Of a stretch of 64,000 bases of DNA, positions 51,701 through 64,000 are shown piece after piece. The DNA lies in assembly GCA_015680685.1 (NCBI GenBank), contig MNCI01003445.1:359363-423362 (forward strand), in the 5' to 3' direction. Under the pieces are notes generated by a model. The model saw only the letters and a program-made list of their open reading frames with translations. It was not told the origin of the DNA and did not search any database. The translations under genes were made by a program, and so were the position numbers. The stretch's first letter is position 1; each line of letters begins with the position of its first letter. This DNA is from Gnetum montanum. Its lineage: Eukaryota > Plantae > Gnetophyta.

Positions 51701-54700
51701 TGGAAGGTAAATTTTGCATTATGTTGCTTTACGTTAATTATATGTTTATTGTTGGTAATGATATCATAGAGATAAAATGTTTAAAGTTAGTAATGGGAAA
51801 TAGATTTGCAGTGAAAGACTTAGTAAGGAAAACTCTTCGTATAAAAATTGGAAGGCATAAAAAGAGCAGATTACTGTGATCAATTCAAGAAGAATACATT
51901 TATAAAGTACTGGACATGGCTTGGTGTGTTTTATGTAAATGTGGTTAGCGTTGCCCCTCATTCCAAGTTAATTAAAAATGACTATCCAAAAACTTCATTG
52001 GAAATGGCATGAATGGAAACTATACTATATAAGTTTGTTGTTGGTTTAATAATGCATACTATAGTATACATGTGTTGATGTTGCAAGTAGATTTATGAGT
52101 AACCCAGTTTGGATACATTGGACTGTAGTGAAATGGATTTTACATTATTTGAAAGAGACTCAACCATACAGGCTACAATTTGGAGGAGTAGATCTACAGT
52201 TGATAAGCTTTGTTAATGCAAGTTTTGTTGCTAATTTGGACAGTTGATTACTTACTATAAGTTGTACATTTATCTTTGGTGAAGGTGCTGGTAACGGATT
52301 GTCAAGGTTAAAGTCATTGATCACCTTATCCACCATAGAGATTATGTAGCATTATCAGAAACTTTTAAAGAAATGTTGTGGTTTCATAGTTTTCTAACTC
52401 TTTGGGTATTATTGAACAAAGGAATTACCATGTGTTTGTTGATAGCCAAAGTGCAATCTTTCTATCTAAAAATCTAGCTTATCATTTAAGGACAAACACA
52501 TAGATATAAAGTATCATTTTATCAAACGTATCATAGAAGAAGGATTTATAAATGTACAAAACATACTATGAATGATGTTACTGACATCCTAATGAAGACC
52601 ATGACAAGATAAAAACAAGTTTTCTGTGGGAAGCAACTTAGATGGGTAGAAAGGCGAAGTTAAATGAAATTGGAAAGCAGTGCAACTCTTGTTCTTGAAG
52701 ACAGACCAAATTTGTCTTCATGAGGAACGTACTTTTGTTTAAAGGTTATGGCTTTTGTAATACTTAAAGTCATGTTTGTAATGCCAACTTTATGTTATAA
52801 AGTGGAATTTAGAGGTTCCAAATGAAAATGAAAAAGTAAATTTGGAAAGTTCTAGAGGAATGTAGAAACCCTGATAAGCAGCTATAGAGGGTGATTGGTT
52901 GTATATGTTTGATGTAATTGTTGGGGCTTGGATGCATGTTGTACTTGAAGATTGGTTTGCCTAGGTTTGCTTTAATACCACTGCTATGCAGTGCTTTTAT
53001 ATGGCTCTTCCCTTTGCTGTTTTCCATGTAAATCCTAGTGTGTTCCATGTTTTTCTTTTTGTTTTCTGTTCAGTGTTATTTTTTAATGATATTTTACAAG
53101 AACGTCGACTCAAGACCAAAAAGATTTTCTCCCAGTTCATGCTTATTTATTCCAGCTATTTTGTGGAATGGTAAAGCTTCCTTTGAACTTCCACATTATG
53201 CCTAAGATCCTTCTCATTTCCCAGAGTAATAGGTGATGGCGTGAAATTAGTTGAGTGCGACAAGATGGTCCACCCAGATCCACTTTTGTTTCAATTGCAA
53301 CATACCTTTTCACCAGTGTAATGTCTTCCGTCATATCGTTCATCTGTCCAATACCTTCATTACAATCATTTTGTTGCTGTGAAGGCCGAGATTAGTGATA
53401 GATTAGTGACCCTGAGAATCGATATCTCATTATCTCGTTACAGCAAGTGGAGACCTCTGTTGTTCATGCAAGTGTACAAAGGTAGCAACACCTATCCTGA
53501 CGGAACTAGGGGATGGTGCAGTGCATGGAGTGACCCTGCATTTTGTGTTGGAAAAATAGGCTACATAAGGGTAGAAAATAGAACTCAATCAATTAATAAG
53601 GTCACAGTGAACCTTATAAAATGTTTTATGCTTGATATGTTGAAGTATTTTTATCATCATCCTAGCAGCTATATGAATTCTTTTCCTCCGTTCACTTCTA
53701 TTAAGATTCAATTAAGCATTAATGCTGAAGTCTTATCCCTTTCATTGTTGTTGGAACTTTTTTATGAAAAAAGAAATTTAAACAAGTAAATGAAGGGACA
53801 TGCCCTTCCAAAATCAAATTTATAAGTATTTAATGGGCGGATGGAATGAATTATGGCCCAAATACTCATTAAAACTTATGACCTTTTACATTTCTTTGCC
53901 AAATAATGTTTGCACCATATTATGTAACTTGCCCCTATGAAATCCTACGAGGAGGAGGCCTCATGTTATTTGTATGACAATGAGGAGAAGGTGAAAGAGT
54001 TTAGATGATTTGAATTTGATGCTGGAATGAAGAATGCTCTTGGACTTTCATTACTCAATTAATTACGCTCATAATCTACTTACATTCACCCACAATTATT
54101 CTCATGATTTTCTGACTACCATCATTATCAGAAACTCATAATTAATGTACAAACCTTCATGTCCCCAACTGATTCTCAACATTTTGGTGGAGAGATTCAG
54201 TATTTTGGTAGGGTGATTCAACATTTAGCTAGGTTGATTGGACAGTCAGGTGTGGTTAGACTGTATAACCCTGGGATGAATTCACATTCTGATGTTGCGA
54301 CTGAGTGCTCTGATGGGAGTCTGAAGAAGGAACTGAGGGATTATCCTTGCATTGACTAACCTGTGCTGATCTGCTCTGTTGGATTTTGTTTTTCAGGACA
54401 CTGACCTTCTGCTGTGCTGGAGCCAGTGTTTGGGCCTTGCCAGTAGCAGTGTTTTGTATGGCTGGGACCGGGTTCTCCACAAAATCCACATTCGTTGCTT
54501 TGTTGTGTTAACTCCCCAGTGGCTTGTTTCCTTGTCATAATAATCTTTCAAACGATGCTGAAGTTTCCTCCAATGGGAGCACATCTTAGGGCCAGGCAGA
54601 GAGTCTCCATCCTTGTGCCCAATCTTATCACACTTGGCACATTGGCTTGCAAATTCTCATAGTAAGACCATAGGGTTAAGAGAACCCCATTTGCTTTTGA

Positions 54701-55746
54701 AAGAAACCTGCAACCTCGGCAATTTGGGCTGACTGTTCAGGAGCCAGGTGATTTGATGATGATTTTTTGACAATGAATCACATTGTGAGACACTAGGTCG
54801 AAGAGAATTGTATTTTTAAAATAATTCTTGTAAGTATGAATTCTTTCAGTAAACCCACCAAATTAATCTAGCAAGAAAGGTTATTTGGGAATAGAGCAGA
54901 TATTCATTGTATTGAGCAATGACTTCAAATGCACATCCCAACACCGCACAGCCGACTAGATAAAATCTTCAATTATGTTAACTAAGCAAGCAAATTAGCA
55001 ACGATTTTATTCAAAACCTAAGACACAGCATGAATGGCACATGGCAGTCATGCAGCATGAGATGACACTGATGCGACATGACATGACCGTCATACAATCG
55101 TGTACTTAACCTTGTAACTGATCTGCCTATGTTGAAGGCCAGCGTGTTGCACCAAACTTCTCCTACCACTCAAATTGATCTACCTAGGTAGAATTTTAGG
55201 TAATTCATTTTTGAAAACATTTTTATATTCACAAGAAATTGCGATATCATTTAATGTCCAATTCTATGTTGAATGTTCTCTAATTAATTGACCACTTACT
55301 TTACTTCTGTAAATGATTATTTGCTAATTCAATGAGCCCACAGTTTTGAGTTTTTCATTGAACTCCAATCTAAGAGAAATAAAACAATTAGTGGCATCGT
55401 AGGTTAATGAAATTGATACCGCTTTACCTTTTAGTTAAGCTTTACCTTTTTCTAAAATTTATGTTAAAAAATAATTCATGATACTTTATTCTTGCCCTTG
55501 CCTGGTATTTTTCTTATTGGTAAATATTGGTTCAAGACTTTCACTTAAATAATCGTTAATGAGATGTAACCATGACAATAATTGTATCAGTTTATGTGCT
55601 GCGTTAATAATGGACATGTATCCTGACATTTTATGAAGCATAATTAATGATTCCAAGCCTTTGTTATGTCTACATGCTTGCATTGCATGTAAGATGTACT
55701 TTTCAATTTCATTTATCTTTGATATTTTATTTTTGCGTTCTTGTAG

Positions 55747-56079
55747 GTTGAGGACTTGGAATCATTGACCGAGGGAAATTATGAAACAGAAATATTTCAT
55801 TTTCTAGAGGCATACAGGCAAGGAAAAGCTGTGAAGAAGGAAGTGCAGGGGCCGTCATTTCGTGGTTTTCTTCAATATTTGATGAGCATGCGCACCTTGT
55901 ATACTCTTGCTTTTGTCATAGTGATTATTGCCATTCTCCTCTTGATGTTTGGCTCAGAAAGTAGGGGAGAATCAAATACATCCAGTTTTACCGAGCGCAA
56001 ATATTCTGAACAGAGACTTTTAGATAATGAGAGCGATCACACTGAAAATAGAGAAGTATCGCATAACAAGGTGGAATAA
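55747..56079 (+). CDS. PDIL5-2: PDIL5-2 exon 5 (transmembrane anchor and tail)
   Basis: Long pyrimidine tract and tgtag|VEDLES...IFHFLEAYRQGK...GPSF, a TM segment TLAFVIVIIAILLLMF and a stop. The phase-0 join to exon 4 gives a 1377-nt CDS (458 aa) with the PDIL5-2 architecture. Confidence 0.88.
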   Translation, partial: VEDLESLTEGNYETEIFHFLEAYRQGKAVKKEVQGPSFRGFLQYLMSMRTLYTLAFVIVIIAILLLMFGSESRGESNTSSFTERKYSEQRLLDNESDHTENREVSHNKVE

Positions 56080-57664
56080 CATAGATGCTGAGGATGAACC
56101 TAAGGGTTTGGAAGCAAAATAGAATAATCGATAACCACCATACCAAATGCAAGTACGTCAAGTTTTATTGCATGTAAATGCATTGTAGTGACTGGCCTTG
56201 TGTACAGCCTTTTCTGACTTGGGTGAAATTTGATTTATTGATCAAATATAGGAACTGCCTAAAGGAGGCTTCATTAAAAACACTCTATTTTATTCGGTGT
56301 AAGTTTTTTGGTTGAATTTAAATAATTTTGAACATCTGCATGGAGTGTTGCTTTTCGGAAATTTGCTGATATGGCATCGTTTAGAGAAATTGACTGTGAA
56401 CCTACTATTATCTGGGTTCTTTAATAATGCTTGTCAGGGTTATCAGTGCTGTTTTTTTTTTTTAAATTTGTTGGCTAGACAACCAAACAGGATCTCAGCC
56501 TGTTTTGAACCTTTTCATGCACAAATTTTTGAAAGTACGAATAGCCATTTGTACTTAGGATCTACACTTTCGAAGAAATATCAACGGGAGAGTTCACTGT
56601 CAAGAATATATCTTTTTAAGAACCGACTTTAAAGTGAAGAGCTAGTAGATGTTTAATAATAGAGATGCATAAGGGATATACGAATCCTTGACATATCCAG
56701 AAAAATGTGGGAATTAAAGTAAATATAAAGACATAAAGCATTCCTGGATGACATCTCTCCACCTGCCTACTGTTTGACTGAAGCAGTAGCTTGTATGAAA
56801 AGAAGGCTCAGAATGAGTCATCAACCAAACTTGTAAAAAAGGGATAATCATAATGTTCATCCAGTCAAGTTGGGTTCTAGGAGGGGTCCTAGGTGGATGA
56901 AGAAAGCTTAACTTCTTTTCAAGTAACTGAACCAAGGTTAGAAGCCATGGTATATAACTTAAAAAGTGAATACATTAAGATGCCCCCTCCAAACAGTGAC
57001 AGCAGAATTTTTTAAAGAAAAAAACAAGAAAGGAAAAGGAAAAAACAAGAAAGGAAAATTAAATCATAGAATTTAACATTAGGTTGAATAAAATACATAC
57101 AAGGCAAATAAGGTAATTACTTCCAAAAGCAGTTGAAACCAACTCTTACCAAGTTTATCTACACTTACTTTTGATTAAGATAATTCTCATTCCACGTTGG
57201 TTTATGAATGAGATCTTATCCACTTATAGGAAGAAGCTACTATACAGATTGGACCTCGACTTCTATTCACCTAATAACCATTTCCAAGAAGATATACTTG
57301 GCTGTATGAAGAAGGTTTTTTACTAATATTTTTTTAAAGATTACACTAAGTTAAGATATTAAAGATGAAACAAGGAACATGATTAAAGATTTATTACATA
57401 ATTATTCAATTTTAATCAATGGTATTATTTGGTATTGAACTTGGGTCTTTAAAATAATAATAAACTTTATGAACCACAAGGCTAAAAGGATGGTTGCTTG
57501 GTTGATTTGAAATGAAATAAAATATTAAAATTATTACTATCTACACCTATTCTATAGCTTGATTTGTAGCTTTTAAAAGCTCTATTTTTCTAATCTATCT
57601 GTTAAATCCCTTTTACATATAGATAAAGATTTGTAGGTCTAAATAAAGTTTTGCCTACACCTAG

Positions 57665-58060
57665 GGGTATAGCATAGTGGTCAAGATGCCTTTTGGTAGG
57701 GAGGTTTGGGTATAGCATAGTGGTCAAGATGCCTTTTGGTAGGGAGGTTGTTAGGTCTACCTAGGCCATACCCCTAGGCTAGGAACATAGCAGGTGTAAA
57801 GGAGGTGTTGGTATTAGGCTTTGAACCCAACACCTATGAGTACAAATTTGTGCAAGTAAACCAACTTGCCAATGACTTGTGCTTGAGAGGCTTGATAATT
57901 TTAAAAGCCTAAAGGGACCTTATTGATGCCATGCATTCAAATTATGCATATTTATTGCCATTTAATTTCAATGAATCTTTCAATATGTGCTATAGTGGTC
58001 AAAATAGTTACCTTAACCACCTCTTGGTGGGAAGGTTGTAGGTTCAATTCCTACCTTGGG
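57665..58060. mobile_element. Cluster of tRNA-like SINE heads, including a 43-bp tandem duplication
   Basis: A-box-like TAGCATAGTGG twice (57665-57749); B-box-like GGTTCAATTCC at 58041; minus-strand GGGTTCAAAGCC at about 57820. Confidence 0.5.
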
Positions 58061-61000
58061 CATGGTAGCAATGGAATAACCTTGTGAAGAGACTTGTTTA
58101 GTGGTCACATCTACCTTGCTGTGATGAAACAGTTATGCTACCAATCCCTATGTTCATTTGCTTTAAAAAGAAAGTTTTGTCTATTTCCACAGTAATTAAA
58201 AGTTTGGTTTAAAATACATCTACTAAAATGTATTTACTTATTATAATAATCCCTTTTCTTTTAGTATAATGTCATTATTGTTAGGAATTGTTGAATTGCA
58301 TTCCAACATGAAAATGTTTAAAACCTATTTATAATGTTATACATCATTAATTATTTGCATGACAATTGTGAGCTCTCTATAAATAATTATAATAATGCTT
58401 CAATCATAATTTGAATTTCCTAACTTATTGTCAAATTAACAAATTACCAATTGAAAATCAACTATAACTAGCTTACTAGTGTTGCAAAGTATAACGCTAT
58501 CACCAAGTGAATTGTAATGTAATTAGCTTAGATTTATATTATTTTTGAAAGAAAGACTTGGGAATTCTATTTGTAAAATGAAATAAATAAATTGTACAAA
58601 AGTTAATGATATCAAGAAAAAAGATACTTGAGATATAAGAGCCGTAGGACTGACTTATTGGAATATAGATGTCTTGTTTCTTATCATTTTCAAAGTACTT
58701 ATGAACAAATTTTATAATACATCTTAACCTAACCTAGGATAAAAGGTTTTATGTATAAAGAAAATCAAAACATTCACACTACATATTAAAATTAAGAATG
58801 ACAGATAAAATAGTAGTCACAAGATAATGGGCATCCTTTAGATAACATGAAGATCTACAAAATAATAGGAAATAGTCAAGAAGATCCACAGAATAATAGG
58901 AAATAGTCCAAGGGAAAAAATTAGTATCATACATCTAAAAGCTTTTTAGACATGATAGATTTCGAAGGGTAGGAAAATAATTAATAATTATAATTTAAAA
59001 AGGAAATCTAATATAGTACAATAGGTTTCAGAATGTTAAACCTAACCTACCCACTACTAGAGTTCACATATTGCTGAAGCAAAAAATGTAGTACATGACA
59101 TTAGTAGCCAATGGGTTAATCAAATACTAATGATTTAGAATTAAAATGAAAATTGAGAGAATCCTATAGTACAAAAAGTCGTCAACTATTTCTAATGCTC
59201 ACAAAAGAAATCAACAAATAACCAAAGACAATTTCATAATCAATATAGTAATAGTGCATAAGACTTTCTAATAGTTGTGGATCATTCATGCCAAAATAGT
59301 ATAATGAAAATGAAATGCCAAATTAGTACAACTAAAATCATCATCATCAAAGCATGAGCTAGAAACACATCATGACCAATATACATAAACCATGAACATA
59401 ATCAAATCATTTCATAAAATATGCAATAGTCACAAATACTTGTATGCATGACATCAAACTTAGTCAAACATAAGTACATAACTATGGTGCCAACTAACAT
59501 GTATGGATACATATAAGCATAAAAAGGAAATCATGGCTAACTACAACCTAGTATATCTTAACTCCTAGGTTAATCATCTTACAAAGCTTTACATCCTCTA
59601 GCTCTACTTCAATTGGTAAAAAGAGTTAGTCCACCATGATTAAATAGGAGTAAACTACAAACAATTCTTGATCAAATCATGGAGTTGAGGTTACAAAGCA
59701 TGGGTGTTTATCCTACACAAAACATGTTAGCAGATGAGCAAGCAAGAAAACATCAATATAACATAGAATTAAATTAAAGAAAATGAACAAGTCTTATTCT
59801 AATTTACCCTTGTTCATCTCAGAGACCCAGAACACTATAAATCTCTAATTTAATTGTGCCCAAAGGAATTAATTAATATGTAACACCCTGTTGACTAGGC
59901 TTAGGCTAGAATGCTACTATTTAGATAAAAATTAAAAAATGCCAAAAGTAAAACATTTCCTAATAAAAATCAAATAGATGCCAAGAAAACTGGATAGGAA
60001 AAGTAGTAGGCATCCATAAAATAATAGGCATATAGGGGCAAGAAAATGTAGCAAAAGATAAAAACATTGTAGAAATAGTGATAGTAGCCTCATTAGTTTC
60101 AAACCTAACATGTGCACTAATAAAAACAAGACAAACCCTATTGTCCAAGCCAAAAATTGTAATGATAATGCAAGAAAATTACGTTAGAACTTAAATACAA
60201 AATTAAATATAAATAATGCTTGTATTACAAATGCATTCAAAAAGGGCATTGGGCTCCAACGTTAGACATAACATAAATAAAGTTTGAATCAAAGTTATGC
60301 TTGCACTATAGATAGCTATTACACAAACAATTCCTCACATAAAGTACAATGTGCATAAAATCCTAGCTAAACATTATAACATAGAATCAAATAACTAAAC
60401 TAGAAATATGATAGTAAAATTACTAATGGTCTAACAACATGAATTTAAGTATTAGCTTCTTCTTCTAATTCTTCCTTGTTAAAACTAAGAGAATCTCTTG
60501 AAAGGCACACAAGCACAAAGGAAATCAGTCTTAAAACTGAGTAAGGTACTAAAGCTACAAAATACTCCTTTATGGATTTGGTTGGAGGCATTAGGTAGCT
60601 AGATAGTCATGCACAATGGGTAGCTATAAACAAATAGGTTAGTATATCAAATACAAACATAGACAAATAAAAATTATTAATAATATGAAAAAATAATCAA
60701 ATTTAACTAACAGAAACTCCACACCATCCAATAAACCTAGCAAATGAATTGAATAAACAAATAGTACTTATCGACCAAGGTTGACTGCATAAGTACATAG
60801 CTCACTACCAACCAAGCTTAATTGCATAGTTACTGCAAAGTTTGGTGACACTTACTAACATGTTTGACAACATAAGTGTTTGGTTGAATATGGAGCCCTT
60901 AAAGTTTGTTCATGTTGCAAGCTCACAATAGGAATGCAACATACCAAGGACACGTCATGATCTGTGTTGGAAAAATGAACAACTTTTCCTTCTAGGCCAT

Positions 61001-61589
61001 TGGCATTTAACATCGTTTCGGGGTTCAAAGATGTAAAAATGTCTTAAAAACCTAATTCTATAGTTGAATATTTGACAAAAAATTATAAAAAAGATAAAAC
61101 ATGGTTAAAAGTGGTCAAAACATGATTAAACCCAGTGAAAACATTGACTAATGTGTCATGCATGGTAACAAATCTCAAAAATTGACCAAATTGTAGAAAT
61201 AATAATAAAATATTCAAATATGAAAATTTAGGCATTTCATCAAATAATTGCTAAATAAATTGGAATTAGCCAAAACATAAACACCAGAATCAAAAATACC
61301 AAAACCTATAAAAATGGAGCAAAACATCATATTACCCTACCTAAAATTGATAGTGTTGCAAAAAGGATCCTCACATGGCTTTAATCTCCGAAATAGGCTC
61401 CCAATCCTAGGCAAAAATGTAGGTTACCAATGGGATTTAAGTAGGATTTGAAATAAGACCTAAAATCGTGGCTTACTAAGGAACCTTGTTGATAGTGCAA
61501 ATCTAGATCTAGCTTCTCTCCAAACCAATAGAGACTCGCTCTAGCTCTATCTCTTAAATATCAACTATGTAATGGGATGATCTCTCATG

Positions 61590-61737
61590 GAGGGGGTGTT
61601 GGAACCTGAAATAATTGAAACATAGGTACACCCCTAGATATATAAAAGTTTATAACTCAACATTACCTACTCAAATTGAACCCATGACTTAGAGGTTCCA
61701 AGTCAGGAGTCTTATCACTAGGCTAACACCTCATTAT
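61590..61737 (-). mobile_element. tRNA-derived SINE-like repeat, copy 2
   Basis: Minus strand GAGGTGTTAGCCTAGTGA...GGGTTCAATT (A and B boxes); body homologous to 26075-26279. Confidence 0.65.
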
Positions 61738-62439
61738 TGATGATATCTTATGGAATAGTTGTCAAGTATATATTATTGCAAGTGTTTGATAGTGTTAGGT
61801 AACTAGAGTACTCTCATGATAAAAGTTAAAAATAAAAAAAGAAAATATAATTCTAATAATATCTTTAAATCATTGTTTTTCTATGGGCTAGTGCCCAACA
61901 TTGACATATTGGGCATCTCCTATGAGAAAGTTAATAGCTATGACTAAGCCCAAGTTGATAACTATGTCTAAGCCCCAAATTAACAACAATGTCTAAGGTA
62001 AAAACCATAAGTAATGGAAGGCTAGCATGAGAACCTTTAAAACATAAGCTAAAAATAAATTAAAAATTAAAATTAAAATATAAAAAATATTATTTTATTA
62101 GAGGGGTGTCAACCCAAAAAATATATATATTAAAAATAAAAATATAGAGTACAAAAGTAAAGGAGTAGTGTAGAGAGGAGAAACTTCAAATCAATAAAAA
62201 GAATCTTAAAAAAACTTTCCTCTAGGGTAGAAAATTGAACATTCCATAAAAATATTAACATTGGGTGAAGAGGAAGGAAGCCCTCGCCTAGTTAATAGAA
62301 TCAACATTATCAAAAGATATTATCTCTATATCTTGACCAATAGCTACAAACAAATTATTAGCAATTAAATATCTTGTGCATGTTGATATGTAATCACCAA
62401 TAGATAGACTTCCTCAATGTTTTTTATTATGAAGAACTA

Positions 62440-63345
62440 GTTGAAAACCATTTGAATTAACAATAGGATTCTATGAAACTTGAGGAACATATATTTGTTT
62501 CACCTTAGTTATTTAAGAATTTTTTGAAATTGATTTCATTGGAACCTTCCTTAAAGATACATTCTATTAAACATCAGTAAAAGAAAGGGTTGGACTAAAT
62601 GTTGAAATGTTAATAGAAGAAATCATCCTAGGATTTGTAGCATCCATAGAAAAAACCTTAGCAGGATCTATATCATTTGGAAAAGAAAACTTAGTAGCAT
62701 TTATAGTAGTTTCTTGTTGACGTGCTCGCATTAGCATAAAAGGACATGAATCAAACATGTGATCCTCTCGATGAAAATAGTGACATGACTTTGGAAGATT
62801 GTAATAAACAATCTTCTACACATAATCAATTTCGCTAGCATGTAGAAGAATTTTCCTAAGAGAATTAAGATCCATTTCAATCATATATCAAATTCTATAA
62901 AAGCCACAAGTTTTAGCTAGGAGTTCAGAATGCTTGATTAGCCCAATATGAGAGATAATATCCCTTTTAGCTTTTTCAAAAGTTAATGGAAGATTTAGCA
63001 ATTCAACAAAAAAATAAAAACCTTTTGAAATTCAAGAGATGCTAGATTAAAAGAGGGAGTCCACTTTTGAATAAGTAATAAAGTATGGCAGTGATTGAAA
63101 AGACCAATATCTAGGACCTTAGAAGCAATTGTCTAATCAAAAAATTCTACCAGCAAAAATGAGTTTGACAAATAATGAACATGGATGGCATCCAAACATT
63201 GATCTTTCCAAACCAAATTTAAATGATTCAAAAAAATTGAGGAACAAGGTAAATAACCCAAATTTTTTATGAAATGATACCTTCCAGAAATTTCTTGAGT
63301 GATAGATTTATATAAGTCACTAGGCAATTTGTAGAAAGACAAGAA
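62440..63345 (-). pseudogene. L1 ORF1 fragment (DUF4283-like plus degenerate zinc knuckle)
   Basis: LNLVWK...LSNSFLLVEF, WTPSF, LNLPL, YNLPKSCHYFHREDHMFDSCP. Confidence 0.7.
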
Positions 63346-64000
63346 GCAGTGATTTCACTTGAAGGATCACATACTAAACATGGCAACATTGCATGTAATA
63401 TCAATGTTAGATCCCTTACTACCTTAGATCAATGCAAAAATTCTCATTGCTAAAATCCTCATTACTGAAACCCTTGCTATTGAAGCCCTTGTCACTAAAA
63501 TCCTAAAAACTGTTTAAAATATTATTTTACTAAAATAAAAATTATTCAAACAAAGTGTACCAAAACCAAAGTAGTATCCCATGTGCTAATGATCCATTCA
63601 GTGCTTGATACCTACTAACTCAAAACACTTCATTTGACTTTGTGTTTGATAGTCTTAAGCTAAGGAACATGTAGGCATTTTTTGGGAGTGATGTAAGGCT
63701 TGTCATCTATTCTAGTGGGTTTCTTGTGAATGTCCTACATTCAATGTAGTGTGTGATCATCAATTTTGATGATGTTTCTTATTTTAATTATTTGAATCTA
63801 AATTACCTAGGTCAAAAATCCATGCTGTGCCAATGAAATTCCAAATTCTACTACTATTGGCAATAGCCCAATCAATGAGAACTTAGATGCAAGTACATGG
63901 CTGACAACTCTGTCACACATACCTACCTATAGATGGCACCTGTGAGATCTACTCCACTTCACTATGCATTAGTATTTGTAAACAAAAGGGTCATGTACAT

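Larger units (their letters stand above)
35660..53100 (+). mobile_element. Decayed Ty1/Copia element (LTRs about 35660-36010 and 52720-53100), interrupted by Athila-like and RTE insertions
   Basis: PBS TGGTATCA (tRNA-iMet) at 36013; gag N-terminus WKIIMEDILCQK; integrase PQNGVAERCNRTL and RCIFVGY; RT FLHGDVEKEIYM, YGLKQAPR and LLYV; RNase H HIDIKYHFI. Most of gag/protease is deleted. Confidence 0.85.
30448..54970 (-). mobile_element. Fragmented L1-clade LINE in intron 4: ORF1 about 54250-54970, ORF2 N-terminus 53790-54105, remainder 30448-35555
   Basis: ORF1 knuckle CAKCDKIGH; ORF2 start MRII..NV..L, VQEH, FW; resumes PWITAGDLN (35530), YNW.N...IDKAF, FHFERCW, IR*G, DDA, ILG, GRVLL; T7 run at 30448-30454 as a putative poly(A). 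Confidence 0.7.

Noticed and set aside
55756-56079. Stand-alone small membrane protein gene
   Set aside because: It has no ATG start and a strong acceptor at 55746; it fits as the last PDIL5-2 exon.
56060-56079. ER-retrieval signal anomaly (tail ends HNKVE)
   Set aside because: It cannot be judged without orthologues; a single lysine at -3 may be ordinary variation.
57665-58060. Functional tRNA genes
   Set aside because: Only A/B-box-like fragments are present, with no cloverleaf; more consistent with SINE remnants.
58700-61590. Possible decayed LTR sequence (TGTAACACCC at 59879) and hydrophobic ORFs at 59932-60153
   Set aside because: No partner terminus, TSD or coding motif was found; the hydrophobicity follows from T-rich composition.

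Overview
Eukaryotic, land-plant nuclear DNA (AT-rich, CpG/CHG-depleted transposon landscape; species not determinable). The only intact host gene is a 5-exon PDIL5-2/PDI8-type membrane-anchored protein disulfide isomerase (26802-56079, +, about 458 aa, WCGHC), whose 4th intron is about 26.9 kb. That intron holds a nested stack: an antisense L1 LINE is interrupted by a solo LTR and by a Copia element. The Copia is in turn interrupted by a full-length Athila-like Gypsy (itself carrying a hAT) and by an RTE LINE fragment. Upstream is a second stack: an L1 is interrupted by a pol-less Athila-like element, which is hit by a Tat/Ogre-like element and by a younger Athila-like copy. Two unusual cargo genes stand out, both recognised by manual translation and both decayed here. 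(1) The Tat/Ogre-like element carries an antisense, spliced gene fusing an FCP1/NIF (CTD-phosphatase-like HAD) domain to a plant-mobile-domain-like region, and it is flanked by motif arrays. (2) The intronic L1 continues downstream of its RT into two tandem J-domains (one with HPDKG) before a putative poly(A) tail. All domain calls are by eye and need HMM confirmation.
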